From assembly GCF_000143415.4 (NCBI RefSeq), contig NW_003314346.1, forward strand, positions 420,657-484,656: a stretch of 64,000 bases of DNA, given 5' to 3'. Position numbers and translations under genes: made by a program. The notes below the pieces were generated by a model, which worked only from the letters and a program-made list of their open reading frames with translations, was not told the DNA's origin and ran no database searches. Each line of letters starts with the position of its first letter. Position 1 is the stretch's first letter. This DNA is from Selaginella moellendorffii. Its lineage: Eukaryota > Plantae > Lycopodiophyta. Shown here in pieces: positions 13,320-24,434 of the stretch.

Positions 13320-13626
13320 ACACTTAACCTCAAATTTTCATTAACCCAAAAGATCAAGCTTTACCTTACACTTTAATCCATTCCCTTCACACACCATCAC
13401 TGTTAACTTTGTGCGACAGAGAAGGATACCAGGCCTGGTGAGATTAACATCCATCCATTTTCTTCACACACCTAACCTTAAGCCTCAAGCTTAAGCTTAA
13501 CAAGTCCACTAAATCTTATTCTATCCTCTAAAAATTCTTCTTTCCAGGATTCCACCTTCGAGTGTTCTATGGAAGCTTAGGGTATGCCAAAAGGGAACAG
13601 TGGTGAATAACTTAAGTGCCTTGTTT

Positions 13627-14018
13627 GTCACATGGTTTCTTTAGGAACAATGGCACTCCAATTTCAAATCCAAGGCCAAAGCAACTTCACCACCTTCACC
13701 ACCACTGGATGTACTCACGACTCTACAATTCCAGGTGTTCCTTGACGTTTATGGCTTCCCCTAAGTCCATGGAAGCAATTGTCAAGTCATCACATCTTGT
13801 CATCTCTCAAAGGCCATCCCATTCATTTTGGACTTAAACTCTTGTTATGACAAAGATGTGATGACACAATTGCTGGAACTTAGCCATCACGATGCTTGAA
13901 GGTGTAATCGTCAAGGCTTGGAAATGTAGAGTTGTGAGTCCATCTATTAGTTACTTTGGCCTTAAGGGATTCAAAATTCGAGTATCGAGCACAAGTTTCA
14001 TTAGTTCCACTATGTGAC
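13627..14018. repeat. Long imperfect inverted repeat (fold-back 2)
   Basis: GTCATCACATCTTGTCAT pairs with ATGACAAAGATGTGATGAC; ACTCACGACTCTACAATTCCA with TGGAAATGTAGAGTTGTGAGT; AAGGCCAAAG with CTTTGGCCTT; GTCACAT with ATGTGAC. Confidence 0.8.
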
Positions 14019-14717
14019 TTAGAAGAAGCGCAAACTTCTGTATAGTGCCTATTGCCGTTTCAGAATCTAGTAAGGGCTCTGCCTTCCTGGGAGTGAATGA
14101 AACAAGGCCTTGCTCCTCTAGCATGTCTCAACTCACTACAATCCTGCTATCAATTCCCCATCCCTGTCCACTTCAGTCTTCAAAATAGAAACCTTGGTAA
14201 ACCCGAAGTTTCGTTGATAATTGTTATATTGCCATTCTGAAAAAACTGTGGGATATCCCTTAGATCTCCGCTAACTCCGCTAGACTCTATCAAGTGCTCT
14301 GCTGTGTATGATGCTCACCACCCAACTGTAAAAAACACTGTGGCTTGACCACCGAGCCTCTGATACTAATGTAAAACATGTGGGATCCAAGGCAAGCAGG
14401 TTCTCCGTAGTACCAAACAGATAAGTCCTGGACCCGCTCCCATAGTTCCCACCCATGAATACATGTTTCATCCCTAGTACAGCATCCCATTCTACTCAAT
14501 AACCTAAGTTGATGCAGAGTTCAAGATCCGAATTAATTTACAGAACCACCACTTGCACAGAAGAATCTGGATAACCTCTATGAGGCATGGGGACAGCAAA
14601 ATGCTTGCTCATTGGAAGTCAACTTCAAGTCGCATGCATTGTAGTTTGTTGTTGCTACAGTCACGAAAGGAAATTTTTTTCGCACCTTTTCACATGATGG
14701 CTCGAATGCTAACAGCA

Positions 14718-14848
14718 AGGCAGTGGAAACCAGAGAAGAAGTGGTGGAGCGCCAGGGAGATCTTGAGCGCACAGTGCGCTGCAAACTTGGACGAGCTTGG
14801 CGCCATAGTTTGAATTTAAACCCCAATTAAAAAGACATTAGGGTTCTT
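14718..14848 (+). pseudogene. Deletion-collapsed duplicate of the SPEF2 last exon and 3' flank (source 9771-10091)
   Basis: Colinear blocks AGGCAGTGGAAACCA, AGAAGTGGTGGAGCGCCA, GGAGATCTTGAGCGC.CAGTGCGCTGCAAAC, CTTGGCGCCATA and ATTAGGGTTCTT are shared with 9771-10091. Confidence 0.85.
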
Positions 14849-15371
14849 GAGCTCTCTAGGGCTTTCGTCCTCTACGCCAGGTATGTGATTTCATGATCGC
14901 GGCAGGCAGAGCGCTGCCCTGCACGTTGCATTTACATCCTCCTCCTCTGAATCTAAACCTAGGCCGTTTCCCCTCTCTTTCGCTCATCAATGCGCCGTAC
15001 CGTTTCCTACCTGAGAAAAGAGATCCAAATCCAGCCTTGAGTGCCTTGGTTTCGCTCTGGATGCTGGGATTTCTCGTGAATAGGGTAATAGTGGTGATGT
15101 TTCCTTTTCCTTCCTTTGTCAGCCAGGCGATGGCCCTTCTTGCTTGCCTTGGAGGGAGGGCTTTTTGGGCTTAGTTTAATCCAATGCAGGTGTTGTGTGT
15201 AGCAGGGCATGCCTGTCAGTCCCCACTGGCTAGGCCCAGTTATCCGCAAAAACCTTTGCTTGCTTGCTCGCTCCATTTCTTCCTTGATCATGCTAGGCTA
15301 GTCGTAGATTTCAATCAACCAGAGCGTGCGAGCGAGCAGAGCTTGCGCGTCGAGTTGGGTCAATTGGTCCC

Positions 15372-16736
15372 ATGTCCCGAGTGGTTCCCATGGCTTCTTA
15401 CAAGCACCATCTCTCCAGGCAATGCATTGCCAGAGAGCAGCAAAGAGATCGGCCGAGCGTCAGGTGTGCCAATTTCGTGTGCTTGATTGGGTTGCTTGCG
15501 TTGGGCATTCTCGCAATCAGCTTGTCCTCGCTCAGGGTCGTGCTAGGCTATCCGCATCGCCACAAGCTGCAGCGCAGTGGCAGGCTAGATCCCCAGGAAT
15601 TGAATAGAACCTTGTTTTTGCAGTCGATCCAGGATCCTTGGACGCCGGAGGAGCTTCACAGGCTCAACCTCTTGCTGGAAGGCGATGGCGATGTGGTAAA
15701 TCTGGAGCTTGTGAGGCGGCGGTGGCAGCGTGACATTCCAGAGGCGGCCTCGAGAGCCAGAGCCGCCAGAGCAGCAAGCATCGATGTGGATTCGTACTAC
15801 CGTCACGACCACCGTCCCAACTCGGGCTATAGACGGATCTCGGCTAGAGGGTCCAGGTTGCCGGTGGAGCTCACTCATCCTCGATACTCCACGCGTTGGG
15901 CGGAAGCGTCTCAAGCTCTACGCTCGTGGCTGAGGAAGAAGAGGTATGATCCCAGTGTCATGAACGAGCTGGTGGATCAAGTGAGTGCTCCTATCGTCAA
16001 GGTTCTCAATTCATCAGCAACAGGCTCTAGCGGGCGATTCCGGCAGTGTGCTGTGGTTGGAAACAGCGGCATCCTTCTCAACACCAGGTATGGATCTTTC
16101 ATCGACAGCCACGAAGCAGTGTTGAGGCTCAACAATGCCAGAGTCACAGGTTTCGAGCAGCACGTTGGATCAAAGACGACGCTCTCCTTCATCAACAGCA
16201 ACGTTCTAGCTCTGTGCTCTCGACGTCCGGGTTGCAATTGCCATCCATATGGATCCAGCGTCGCCACCGTCGTCTATATGTGCCAGGCTCTACACTTCGT
16301 CCACCTCAAGCTCTGTGGCTCTCTCATGACCGATATGCCGCTGCTCGTCACTGATCCCAGATTCGATGCTCTGTGCATGAGAATTGTCAAGTACTACTCG
16401 CTCAAGAAGTTCTTCCAGAGCTCCGGCGCTGCTGCTTCGGCCAGCGACTCGATCGAGCACTGGAAACGCATGCACGACGGCTCATTCTTCCACTACTCGT
16501 CTGGGATGCAAGCGGTGATGCTTGCGCTGGGGATATGCGACAGTGTGAATATTTTCGGATTCGGGAAAGCTGCCACCGCCAAACATCACTATCACACAAA
16601 CCAGAGAGGAGAGCTCAACCTTCACGACTACGCGGCAGAGTATACACTCTACCAGGATCTCGCCAACAACAAGTCCAATCCTTTTCTAGACGAGGCCTCT
16701 GGATTCAAGTTACCGGCCGTCAGGGTTTTCACATAG
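15372..16736 (+). CDS. Glycosyltransferase family 29 (sialyltransferase-like / GALT29A-like), type II membrane protein
   Basis: N-terminal TM, sialylmotif L (CAVVGNSGILL..G..IDSHEAVLRLNNA), motif S (SSGMQAVMLALGICDSVNIFGFG), HHYH and HDY..E. Probable 5' UTR intron at ~14881-15189. Confidence 0.95.
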   Translation: MSRVVPMASYKHHLSRQCIAREQQRDRPSVRCANFVCLIGLLALGILAISLSSLRVVLGYPHRHKLQRSGRLDPQELNRTLFLQSIQDPWTPEELHRLNLLLEGDGDVVNLELVRRRWQRDIPEAASRARAARAASIDVDSYYRHDHRPNSGYRRISARGSRLPVELTHPRYSTRWAEASQALRSWLRKKRYDPSVMNELVDQVSAPIVKVLNSSATGSSGRFRQCAVVGNSGILLNTRYGSFIDSHEAVLRLNNARVTGFEQHVGSKTTLSFINSNVLALCSRRPGCNCHPYGSSVATVVYMCQALHFVHLKLCGSLMTDMPLLVTDPRFDALCMRIVKYYSLKKFFQSSGAAASASDSIEHWKRMHDGSFFHYSSGMQAVMLALGICDSVNIFGFGKAATAKHHYHTNQRGELNLHDYAAEYTLYQDLANNKSNPFLDEASGFKLPAVRVFT

Positions 16737-16823
16737 ATAGATAGAGTCGAGTCACCAGGTTCCGGTAGCCTTCTTTCTACGAGAGGAAGGAAGTGAAAGG
16801 TAAAGGTCGGGCGGAGGCTGGAA

Positions 16824-17501
16824 ATGCAGGCAAAGCAGTGGTGGCAGGTCTTGGGCTTAGCGGTGCTCCTACTCTTTCTCTGCAAGATGTCCGTCATGGT
16901 GTTGGACAAAGAGCTCCACCAGCAACACTTTAGCATTGGCAGCGATACAGATGCAAGCCTGGCGAGGCTCTCCAGAAACCCAAGTCAAGACAAGCGAGGA
17001 TGGCTGCTCGATCCTCTCAAAGCTGCTGCTCAAGCCGGCCTCTCAGGTAGGCTACTATAGGAATAATGGTGTGTGTGTAGCTTACTTTCATTCTTTCCCA
17101 GGTGGAGCGATTGAATGCACAGCAGTTCACGCAGGAGAGATACAAGTAGGGGCCGTTCGTGCCAATCATCGGCATCACTTTTGCAACGAGACGTTTCTCC
17201 TGTGGAATGCTCGAGCGTTGTTTCGTGTAAGTTTTGTGCGATCGATCTTATAAACCCGGTTGGAGCTGATATAACTTATCTTTCTCTTTTTCTTTCTCTT
17301 CCACAGCTGGAGAACGCATTCATGGACAATGGATATGCGCAGGCTGTTGTTGAGGCTGGCGAGGTATCAATCGCCGCTGCGCCGGCTGGCCGGGCACATG
17401 CTTTGGCAAATATTGACAGGCACAAGACGCTCTTTTTTTTGGCGTGTCAAGACAACCCCGAGAATCCAATGACAGACTTTCGGATATGGGACGATCTGTG
17501 A
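16824..17501 (+). CDS. Membrane-anchored RmlC-type cupin (CapF/WbjC/FdtA-like), 3 exons
   Basis: N-terminal hydrophobic anchor, cupin motif 1 RANHRHHFCNETFLLW, motif 2 APAGRAHALANID and C-terminal NPENPMTDF. Introns at ~17047-17101 and ~17227-17306. Confidence 0.75.
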
Positions 17502-17726
17502 CGAAATGAAAAAGCCCAAGACAAAAACTCTCTTGGCTCTCGGTCTTATTTTTTATAGGATGAAGCAAGAATCGTCGGTGGCGTCTCTCCGTGGCCGCGG
17601 CTTCAAGAATTGTGACACCACAACCCGAGAGAAAGAAATTCTTCTCTTTCTTTTCTTCTACTAAGGAGATGGATGGATCGTTTTCGGTAATAGAGCTTGG
17701 GGTAATCAATCGAATCGGGTCGGCGA

Positions 17727-18791
17727 TCAGCATTTGAGTGTCAGCAGCGGGATGATGCCTCGTGTTCGCTTCAGGTACGCGACGTAGTCACTGTAGTGCA
17801 TCGTGTAGAGTGAGCTCTGGTAGCGAGTGATTCTAAAGCGCCTGCGCAGTGACTCGGTTATAGGACCCATGAATCCTGCTTTTCTCACCAACGAGTCCAC
17901 AGTTTCCACCTTGGTCCAGCCTGGAAAGATTGCTTTTTTCTATGGTCCTCTGGAAGAAAACAAAAAACAATCTCACGTACCTTCCTGAGCCGAAACTTCT
18001 GGCAAATAAGTGGCACTCCTACGTAAGTTATCCGGATCAGTGAACTCCAAGATCATCCCATGCTTCCCAATCTGCGGGAGTAAAATCAGTAGCAATACCA
18101 CCGGAGCAAAATCAATCAACCTCTCCCTAGCTACGAGGCAAGAAGAGAAGAATAAAACTATGCAAGAAAGCAAACAAGCCTCCCAAAAGGCTTGCAAAGA
18201 AGAAAATTTAAGAAAAATGCACCTCCCAATCTAAATAATTGGCTGCTGATTCATAGTCTGTTAGAATGGACACGGTACATTCCAGGAAAGGAATCTCCCG
18301 GGCTTGAATCGGAGGGAAGCGCCGGTCGCGGAGCGCACTGAAACATAGGTAGAGAAGAGGTCAACATCCTTCCACTTATTTTTTTCACATCTTTTCGCTC
18401 GAAACTCGGCTACCAAACACTAGCTAGCAAGGAAGGCATCCACTTAAAACCATAAACAAAAGGTGCCATGACAAGACTCTTTCACGCCAAGCAACCAAAA
18501 GAGCGCACCTGGTCAATGCGTAATCCTTGAAGCCAGTGATCAAGCAGCGAGCTTCCAGCGTCCCGATGCATCCTCGCAAGCGAGGCTCTCCACCATTCAC
18601 AACTTTCTTCCAAGTCACGAACAGTGGGCTGCATGGAGAAAATGGAACGTGAAAGAGAGAATGGCAAACAATGCCATGAACACTTACTAGTTCCCTTCCT
18701 CGAAGTCCGGCGTGGGAATCACATCTCCGGTGTAGTGGGCGACGAGAGTATCGAAGCAATAGACGGCCATCTCCTTGCTAGCGGAGACCAT
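17727..18791 (-). CDS. AMMECR1-domain protein
   Basis: MAVYCFDTL, PLFVTWK, RLRGCIGT, SALRDRRFPPI, SATYLPEV and ITRYQS motifs across 5 exons. Confidence 0.95.
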
Positions 18792-19270
18792 GGTGCTGCT
18801 GCTCCTGCGCGTCCGATGATGTTCGGAACCACGCCCCTAGCCACGCCCCAACCATAAGAAAAAAAAAAAGAGGAGAAAAAAAAGAGAGCAAGACTTCACT
18901 CCCCTTCCACTCGACTTGAGAATCACTCGCTCACTCGCTCGCTCGCTTCTACGCACGCAAGAACAAGCAAGAAGCAGCAGCGGCAGGCATCCCTACCACT
19001 TCCGCAAGCCGCCTCTTCTTCATCAACAACAAGAGCCGCCGCCACAAATGCCTGCTGCTGCTGCCGCCACCGCCGCCGATTCGCGCGCCGTCGTCCTCCA
19101 CCCGAGCGCCGTGGCCGCAGCAGCGCATCAGCCTCTCGTGCTAGGGCATCATCGCCATCGCCATGACTGGCGAGCGCACAGCAAGCAAGCCAAGCCCTAG
19201 AAAAAAGAACACGACAAGTAGAGAATCTAATTTGACGAAAGAAAGGAATAAACCTCTTTCTCTCTCCTTT

Positions 19271-21361
19271 TTAAAATGGCCTCATGCTACTAGCTTGCGC
19301 GATGAGCGCCTCGAAGACCTCGGCCCTTTGGTTCCCAAAGGTACTCCGGCAAAGCTTGTAAGCCACCTCTCTCACCACTCGCAATGGCCCTTCGTCTCTC
19401 ACCACCGCCGACGATTCCAAGTACTGCCGCAGCTCCATCACTTCCCCGCACTGCATTATCAGCGATCGCCAGTGCCCCGGCACCGTCTCGTGCAAGCAGC
19501 TCACCAGATCCTCCCATGGCGGCACCGTTTGCATGAAATCCTCGAAGAAGTCCGACGATGGCATCCCGGCCAAGTAGGCCAGCGCGTACGAGGCGCGCAG
19601 CAGCGTGTCCGCGCTCGCGCTTCCCTCCGCCTGGAGCCGCACGGCTAGCTGCCCGAAGCTCGCGCACGCCGGGAGAGGACCGGGCACCTCCCCGGCCTCC
19701 GCCGCCGCGTTGATCTCCCGGAAGGCCTTGTCGTGGAGGAAGTTGAACTGCTCGTTGATCCTCCGGAAGGCCTTCTGAGAGCCGCGCTCGCTGGAGCAGC
19801 GGCGGCACTGGCACTGGAATCCCCACCGCTGGCACATCTCCTGCCGCGCGTGGAACGGCACCAGCGCGTCGAAGTATGGGAGAGTGATCTCCTCCCCCTC
19901 GCCGATGTCTCGAGCCGCGTGGACGAAGAGCGCTCGCCCGACTTCCAGCCGCGCGGCATTCGGACAGCACGAATGGTTGATGAAAGCCGGCAGCGGCCAC
20001 AGTCCGCATGACTTGGAGTTGAGGATGGCGTCGGCGCTGTTGCACATACCGTCGAGCTTGTGCCACAGGGACTGGCCGAACGAGAACTCCTTCACCACCT
20101 TGCGGACGCTGTCCGTGTCGATCCTGACGTCGCCATTGTTGTCCTGGTCGAAGGTCTCGGAGTACCAGCGGCTGTTGGGACGGAACAAGTCCAGCGACGG
20201 GATCTTGGTCGACGACATGAGGCTGCTCAGCTGCTGGAAACTCCGCCTCGAGCATGCCACTGCCGCCATGATCTTGGCCACCAGGTCCTCCTGGAGTGAT
20301 GTCGCCTGGCAGCTCGGTGGAGAATCGCTGTAGGCTACTGCCAAGGCATTGGTGACGAGCAGCGTTTCTCCAGCCTTGACGCTCTCGGTGACGAACAGGC
20401 CTCGACCGGAGGCAATGGTGGACTTCCGGATTGCCACGGGGCCGACGTAGTCCGCGCAGGTGGGAGCTCGGTCTCGAGCTCGGCCAGCGATGAGGAAGCC
20501 ACTGATGTCGAAACTCCCGTGCTTGCTCTGCTTGATACTCGTCTCGCACTGCTGGATGAGGCCTCCCATATGATCTCTCGACATCTCCGCCGCCTTCTTC
20601 ATGCACGCCAGCGCCATCTCGTACTCGTGGAGCCCGTGGAGCGCTCGGGCTTTCCGGCAGTGGCTCTTCACGTTGGAGAGATCCAGCTTGAGCGCGTTGT
20701 TCGAGTCAGAGAGCGCTTGCTCCGGATTTCCAATCCTCAGCATCGTTTCAGCTCGGTTGGAGAGAGCCACTGCCATCACCTCGCGAAGATTGGAGCTGAG
20801 AGTGATGCACTTTGTGTAAGCTTCCGCAGCACCGATCCAATCCTTGGACGCGAAGAGCTTGTTGCCTTCCATCTTCAGCGACGCGGCGCTGGCCTCCTCG
20901 GAGATGGGAGCTGGAAACTCACCGCTCGAGTCGGGTACTGCCAACACCCTCTCGATGTTGAGAAGATTGTCCACACGCAGCACCAAAATCCCTCCTTTCT
21001 CCCGCTTGAGCACCGGCTCCTTGATCGCCACTCTCATCCCCACTGGAAATCTCTGCTTCACGCCCGCATTGCTCGTGTTAGAGACCGCCACATTGTACAC
21101 GGACAGCAGCACCGCGCGCTCGCTCGCGTCTTCCAGCACCGTGTGGATGCCCTGGCTCTTGAAAGCCTCGCCACACAGCGTCCCAAAGAGCGCACACCCT
21201 GTGTGATGCTTCCCCGGCTTGAGATCCGCGAGTCCGATCGGCTGGAGCTTGTGGAGTGGCGGAGCTGCTGGCTGCGACATTGGCTCCACGGCCACTGCCC
21301 CGATCTTACCTCGCGTCGCGTGGATTTCCAGCACGCGTGCCTTGGTCAGCCATTCCTCCAT
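19271..21361 (-). CDS. TPR + SET domain methyltransferase (ATXR1/SDG35- and fungal TPR-SET-like), intronless
   Basis: TPRs (LKMEGNKLF..., ALSNRAE...), SET GRGLFVT, FINHSCCPN and GEEITLPY, post-SET FQCQCRRC. Confidence 0.9.
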   Translation of the reverse strand: MEEWLTKARVLEIHATRGKIGAVAVEPMSQPAAPPLHKLQPIGLADLKPGKHHTGCALFGTLCGEAFKSQGIHTVLEDASERAVLLSVYNVAVSNTSNAGVKQRFPVGMRVAIKEPVLKREKGGILVLRVDNLLNIERVLAVPDSSGEFPAPISEEASAASLKMEGNKLFASKDWIGAAEAYTKCITLSSNLREVMAVALSNRAETMLRIGNPEQALSDSNNALKLDLSNVKSHCRKARALHGLHEYEMALACMKKAAEMSRDHMGGLIQQCETSIKQSKHGSFDISGFLIAGRARDRAPTCADYVGPVAIRKSTIASGRGLFVTESVKAGETLLVTNALAVAYSDSPPSCQATSLQEDLVAKIMAAVACSRRSFQQLSSLMSSTKIPSLDLFRPNSRWYSETFDQDNNGDVRIDTDSVRKVVKEFSFGQSLWHKLDGMCNSADAILNSKSCGLWPLPAFINHSCCPNAARLEVGRALFVHAARDIGEGEEITLPYFDALVPFHARQEMCQRWGFQCQCRRCSSERGSQKAFRRINEQFNFLHDKAFREINAAAEAGEVPGPLPACASFGQLAVRLQAEGSASADTLLRASYALAYLAGMPSSDFFEDFMQTVPPWEDLVSCLHETVPGHWRSLIMQCGEVMELRQYLESSAVVRDEGPLRVVREVAYKLCRSTFGNQRAEVFEALIAQASSMRPF

Positions 21362-21385
21362 TGGGAAAATGTAGCTCCTATCTTA

Positions 21386-21394
21386 AACCCTAAA
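21386..21394 (+). promoter_or_regulatory. Telo-box (AAACCCTAA) in the 60-bp divergent gap
   Basis: Exact AAACCCTAA between the TPR-SET start and the MnmA start. Confidence 0.5.
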
Positions 21395-21421
21395 AATGTG
21401 GAGGGAGGAAGAGCCCTAAAA

Positions 21422-23407
21422 ATGGCGCTCTCTCCAGGCGCTTGTGGCTACCAGGTCAGTTCGCGGGCATTTCATTGTGAGCCGCGAAATCGTCGTCTTC
21501 TCTCCGGATGCTCGATTCCACGGCAACGACGATGGCAATGCTCATCGCTGGGAATTGAAAATCCGGTCTTGTCCGAGGAGAAGAAGCAGCGTACTCTCAC
21601 ACATTCTCCGATTTTGGAGTGGAACGATGCCTTGAGCTGCTGCGAGCCTCATGGCCAGCACAGGCTGAGAGTAGCAGTGCTCGTGAGTGGAGGAGTGGAT
21701 AGTAGTGTGGCATTGCGGCTACTCTGTGGGGCTGGACACTCGTGCACTGCCTTCTATATCAAGATCTGGTTCCAGGTACTAGAAATTTTTTTTGGATTGG
21801 CAGAGGCATTGACAAAATCTGGCTCGCTCCACAGGAGGATTTCCAAAACTTCTGGTCGTCTTGTCCATGGGAGGAAGACTTGAAGTATGCTCAAGACGTG
21901 TGTGACGAGGTTCGCTTTGTTTTTGTTCCTTTCTTTGTGGTTTTCTTATTGGACGATTTTTTGTTTGTAGGTGGGAGTGAAGCTGGAGATCGTTCATTTG
22001 ACTGATGTCTACTGGAACAAGGTTGTCTCCAAATGCATCACGGAAGTTCGGGCTGGGAGGACTCCAAATCCTGATATCATGTGCAACACCGTTGTGAAGT
22101 TTGGTATGGACTGTTCTTTGAATTTCCTTTGCGTATACTAAGCCTGACAACCAGGTGCTTTTCTGGATCACATTGACAGGACTAAGTTCGATCGAGTTGC
22201 CTCCGGTCATTATGCTCGAGTGGAGCGGTATGTGGATGAACAGGGGACAATACGTGCACGACTAATGCTATCAAAAGATGAAGTAAGGCTCCAGCTCTTT
22301 TCGCGCTTTTGCTTTTGAGCGAACTGTTGATATTGCAGGTCAAGGACCAGACTTACTTTCTCTCGCAGCTCTCGCAGGAGCAACTGGGATTTCTTATGTT
22401 TCCTTTAGGCAGTCTGGCGAAGGTGAGGATCTCGACTTTTTCTCTTTTCACTCGCAAGTAACTCGAATGCTGGCAGCCTGAGGTCCGTCAACTTGCTCAT
22501 TCTCTGAATCTTCCAAACAAGGATCGGAAAGATTCACAAGGCATCTGCTTCCTTGGCAAGGTTCGTTTCTGCTGGTGCCGTCTCACAATGTCTCTTTGAT
22601 GGACGGGTTTTACAGGTCAAATTCAGTGACTTCATATCCAGACACCTTGGCGAAAAGGAAGGTCTTCTCATCGAGGCCGAGACCGGAAAAACAATGGGCA
22701 AACACAAAGGATTCTGGTTCTACACAATCGGCCAGAGGCGTGGTATTAGTCTCTCACACGGACCGTGGTACGTTCTCAAAAGAAATTTTTTCCCCCCCTC
22801 ACTGCAGTCGTGTCGTGCAGGTACGTTGTGGCAAAGGACTCGGAGAAAAATCTGGTTTATATTTCAAGGCATTACTTTTCCGGGGATAAGAAGAGACGAA
22901 ACTTCTACGTTGATAATTTGAGCTGGTTTTCAACGATACCCGACCCCAGTTGTCCGATAAAATGCAAGGTGGGATTTTCTCGTTTTCATCGTCCTTGTCG
23001 TCGATTTACCAGGAATTCCGTGGCCCCAGGTCCGTCACGGTCCCAGTTTTCACGACTGCGAGCTCGAGTTTGAACGGGAGAAGCAGGGTGCTCGTGTGAA
23101 ACTGCTACACAGCGATCAAGCTCTAGCAGCCGGTCAGTACGCAGCGTTTTATGCTGGAGAGACTTGCCTGGGGTCTGGCATGATCACGGAGTCGATGGAC
23201 GATTTAGAGTCGTGCACAGTCTCCGCTCGAGCTTTGGAGGATGGTAGAACAACACTTGGCGTGGTGAAGCAAGACGAACACACTAAATCGCTGCCACTCG
23301 GGACTACTGTGGCACGGCTGATCGTGGACAAGCTGCTGGTGCCATCTGTGAGGAAATTGGAGCAGATTCTCGCTAAGATCTTGACACACCACCACAGTGA
23401 TCCATAG
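21422..23407 (+). CDS. mnmA: tRNA-specific 2-thiouridylase, organellar
   Basis: Transit-like N-terminus, then [49 protein letters not shown] and GQYAAFY. Confidence 0.95.
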
Positions 23408-24434
23408 CTCGAGCCGGATTGACTCGACAGGCGCAGCGAAGCAATGGTCTTCTGTCCTCTGGCGTTGGGATTCTCCAAAGGCTGCTAGACGCGCCGGCTG
23501 GCTGCTTCAAAGTGAGTGACGTATCCTTTTTCCTTTCGTTTCCTTCTATAAAGTAGCGAAATCGCTCGTCCATTTGACTAACAATGGACGTTTTGCTGGT
23601 ACCTCGAAACTCGAGTGTGTCAAACAGATGGCAAAGACATGGGCCCTCGCTCGCCACCGAGCTGGAAAGCAAGCTATAAGCGAAAGACTGCTAGAAAGGC
23701 TTTGAGACAATCCATCAAGTTTACCAAGTAAGACTTGTTCGTCTTCGTTGTTTCAGTTAACTGTTCCATGGCCGCCATTAATAGTTTTTGTGAATGCAAG
23801 AGAAAGAAAAGAAAAAGAAATTTTCTTCGGAGATCTCAACGGAAACAAAAGGAAAGAACAAGAGCTTCCTAACGACCGATCCAAGGCAACGATTGCATCT
23901 CCGATTCTCCAACAGCATCGATTGTCAGCAGCAGCAGCGCAAGAACACGACGCGACGCGACGGGCCTTCTTGTTCTTGGTGGAGGGGCGCATTTCCATTC
24001 CCGTCCATCGCCATGGTTCGTTATGGCTAACCTTCGACACACCAAGAAATAGGCCGCGCAGCGGCACAAAACGAGAGAGAGAAAAAACAAGACGAACGAA
24101 CTCAAACCAAACCAATCCAAATGGTTTTATAAAATTCCATTCCTCTATCCGACCCCGATCCCGATCCACAAAAACAGTTTCTATGATTGATCGATCAATC
24201 CGAGACACACAGTCTCTTTGCATTTCAAGGAGAAACCATAAATCTTTACAAGACAAACGCGTTTGTGTGTGTGCCAGCCAGCCAGCCATGGCCTCTCGAT
24301 CGATCCATCGATCAAACGAAGATTAGAAGGAAAAGAACAACCATCTTATCTTCTTCTTCTTCTTTCTGTTCCTCACGGCACCTACAGGATGCGTGAATGG
24401 ATTCATCTCACTCTCTCGACTCTCTGCTGCTAGA

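Noticed and set aside
10124-14711. Possible inverted termini of the 4.6-kb insert (TAGCATCGA..ATCATG vs CATGAT..TCGAATGCTA)
   Set aside because: Match too short and gapped to distinguish from chance.
19290-21883. 438-aa and 454-aa alternative-frame/antisense ORFs over TPR-SET
   Set aside because: GC-rich shadow frames. Only the 3' end of the 454-aa ORF is real (MnmA exon 1).
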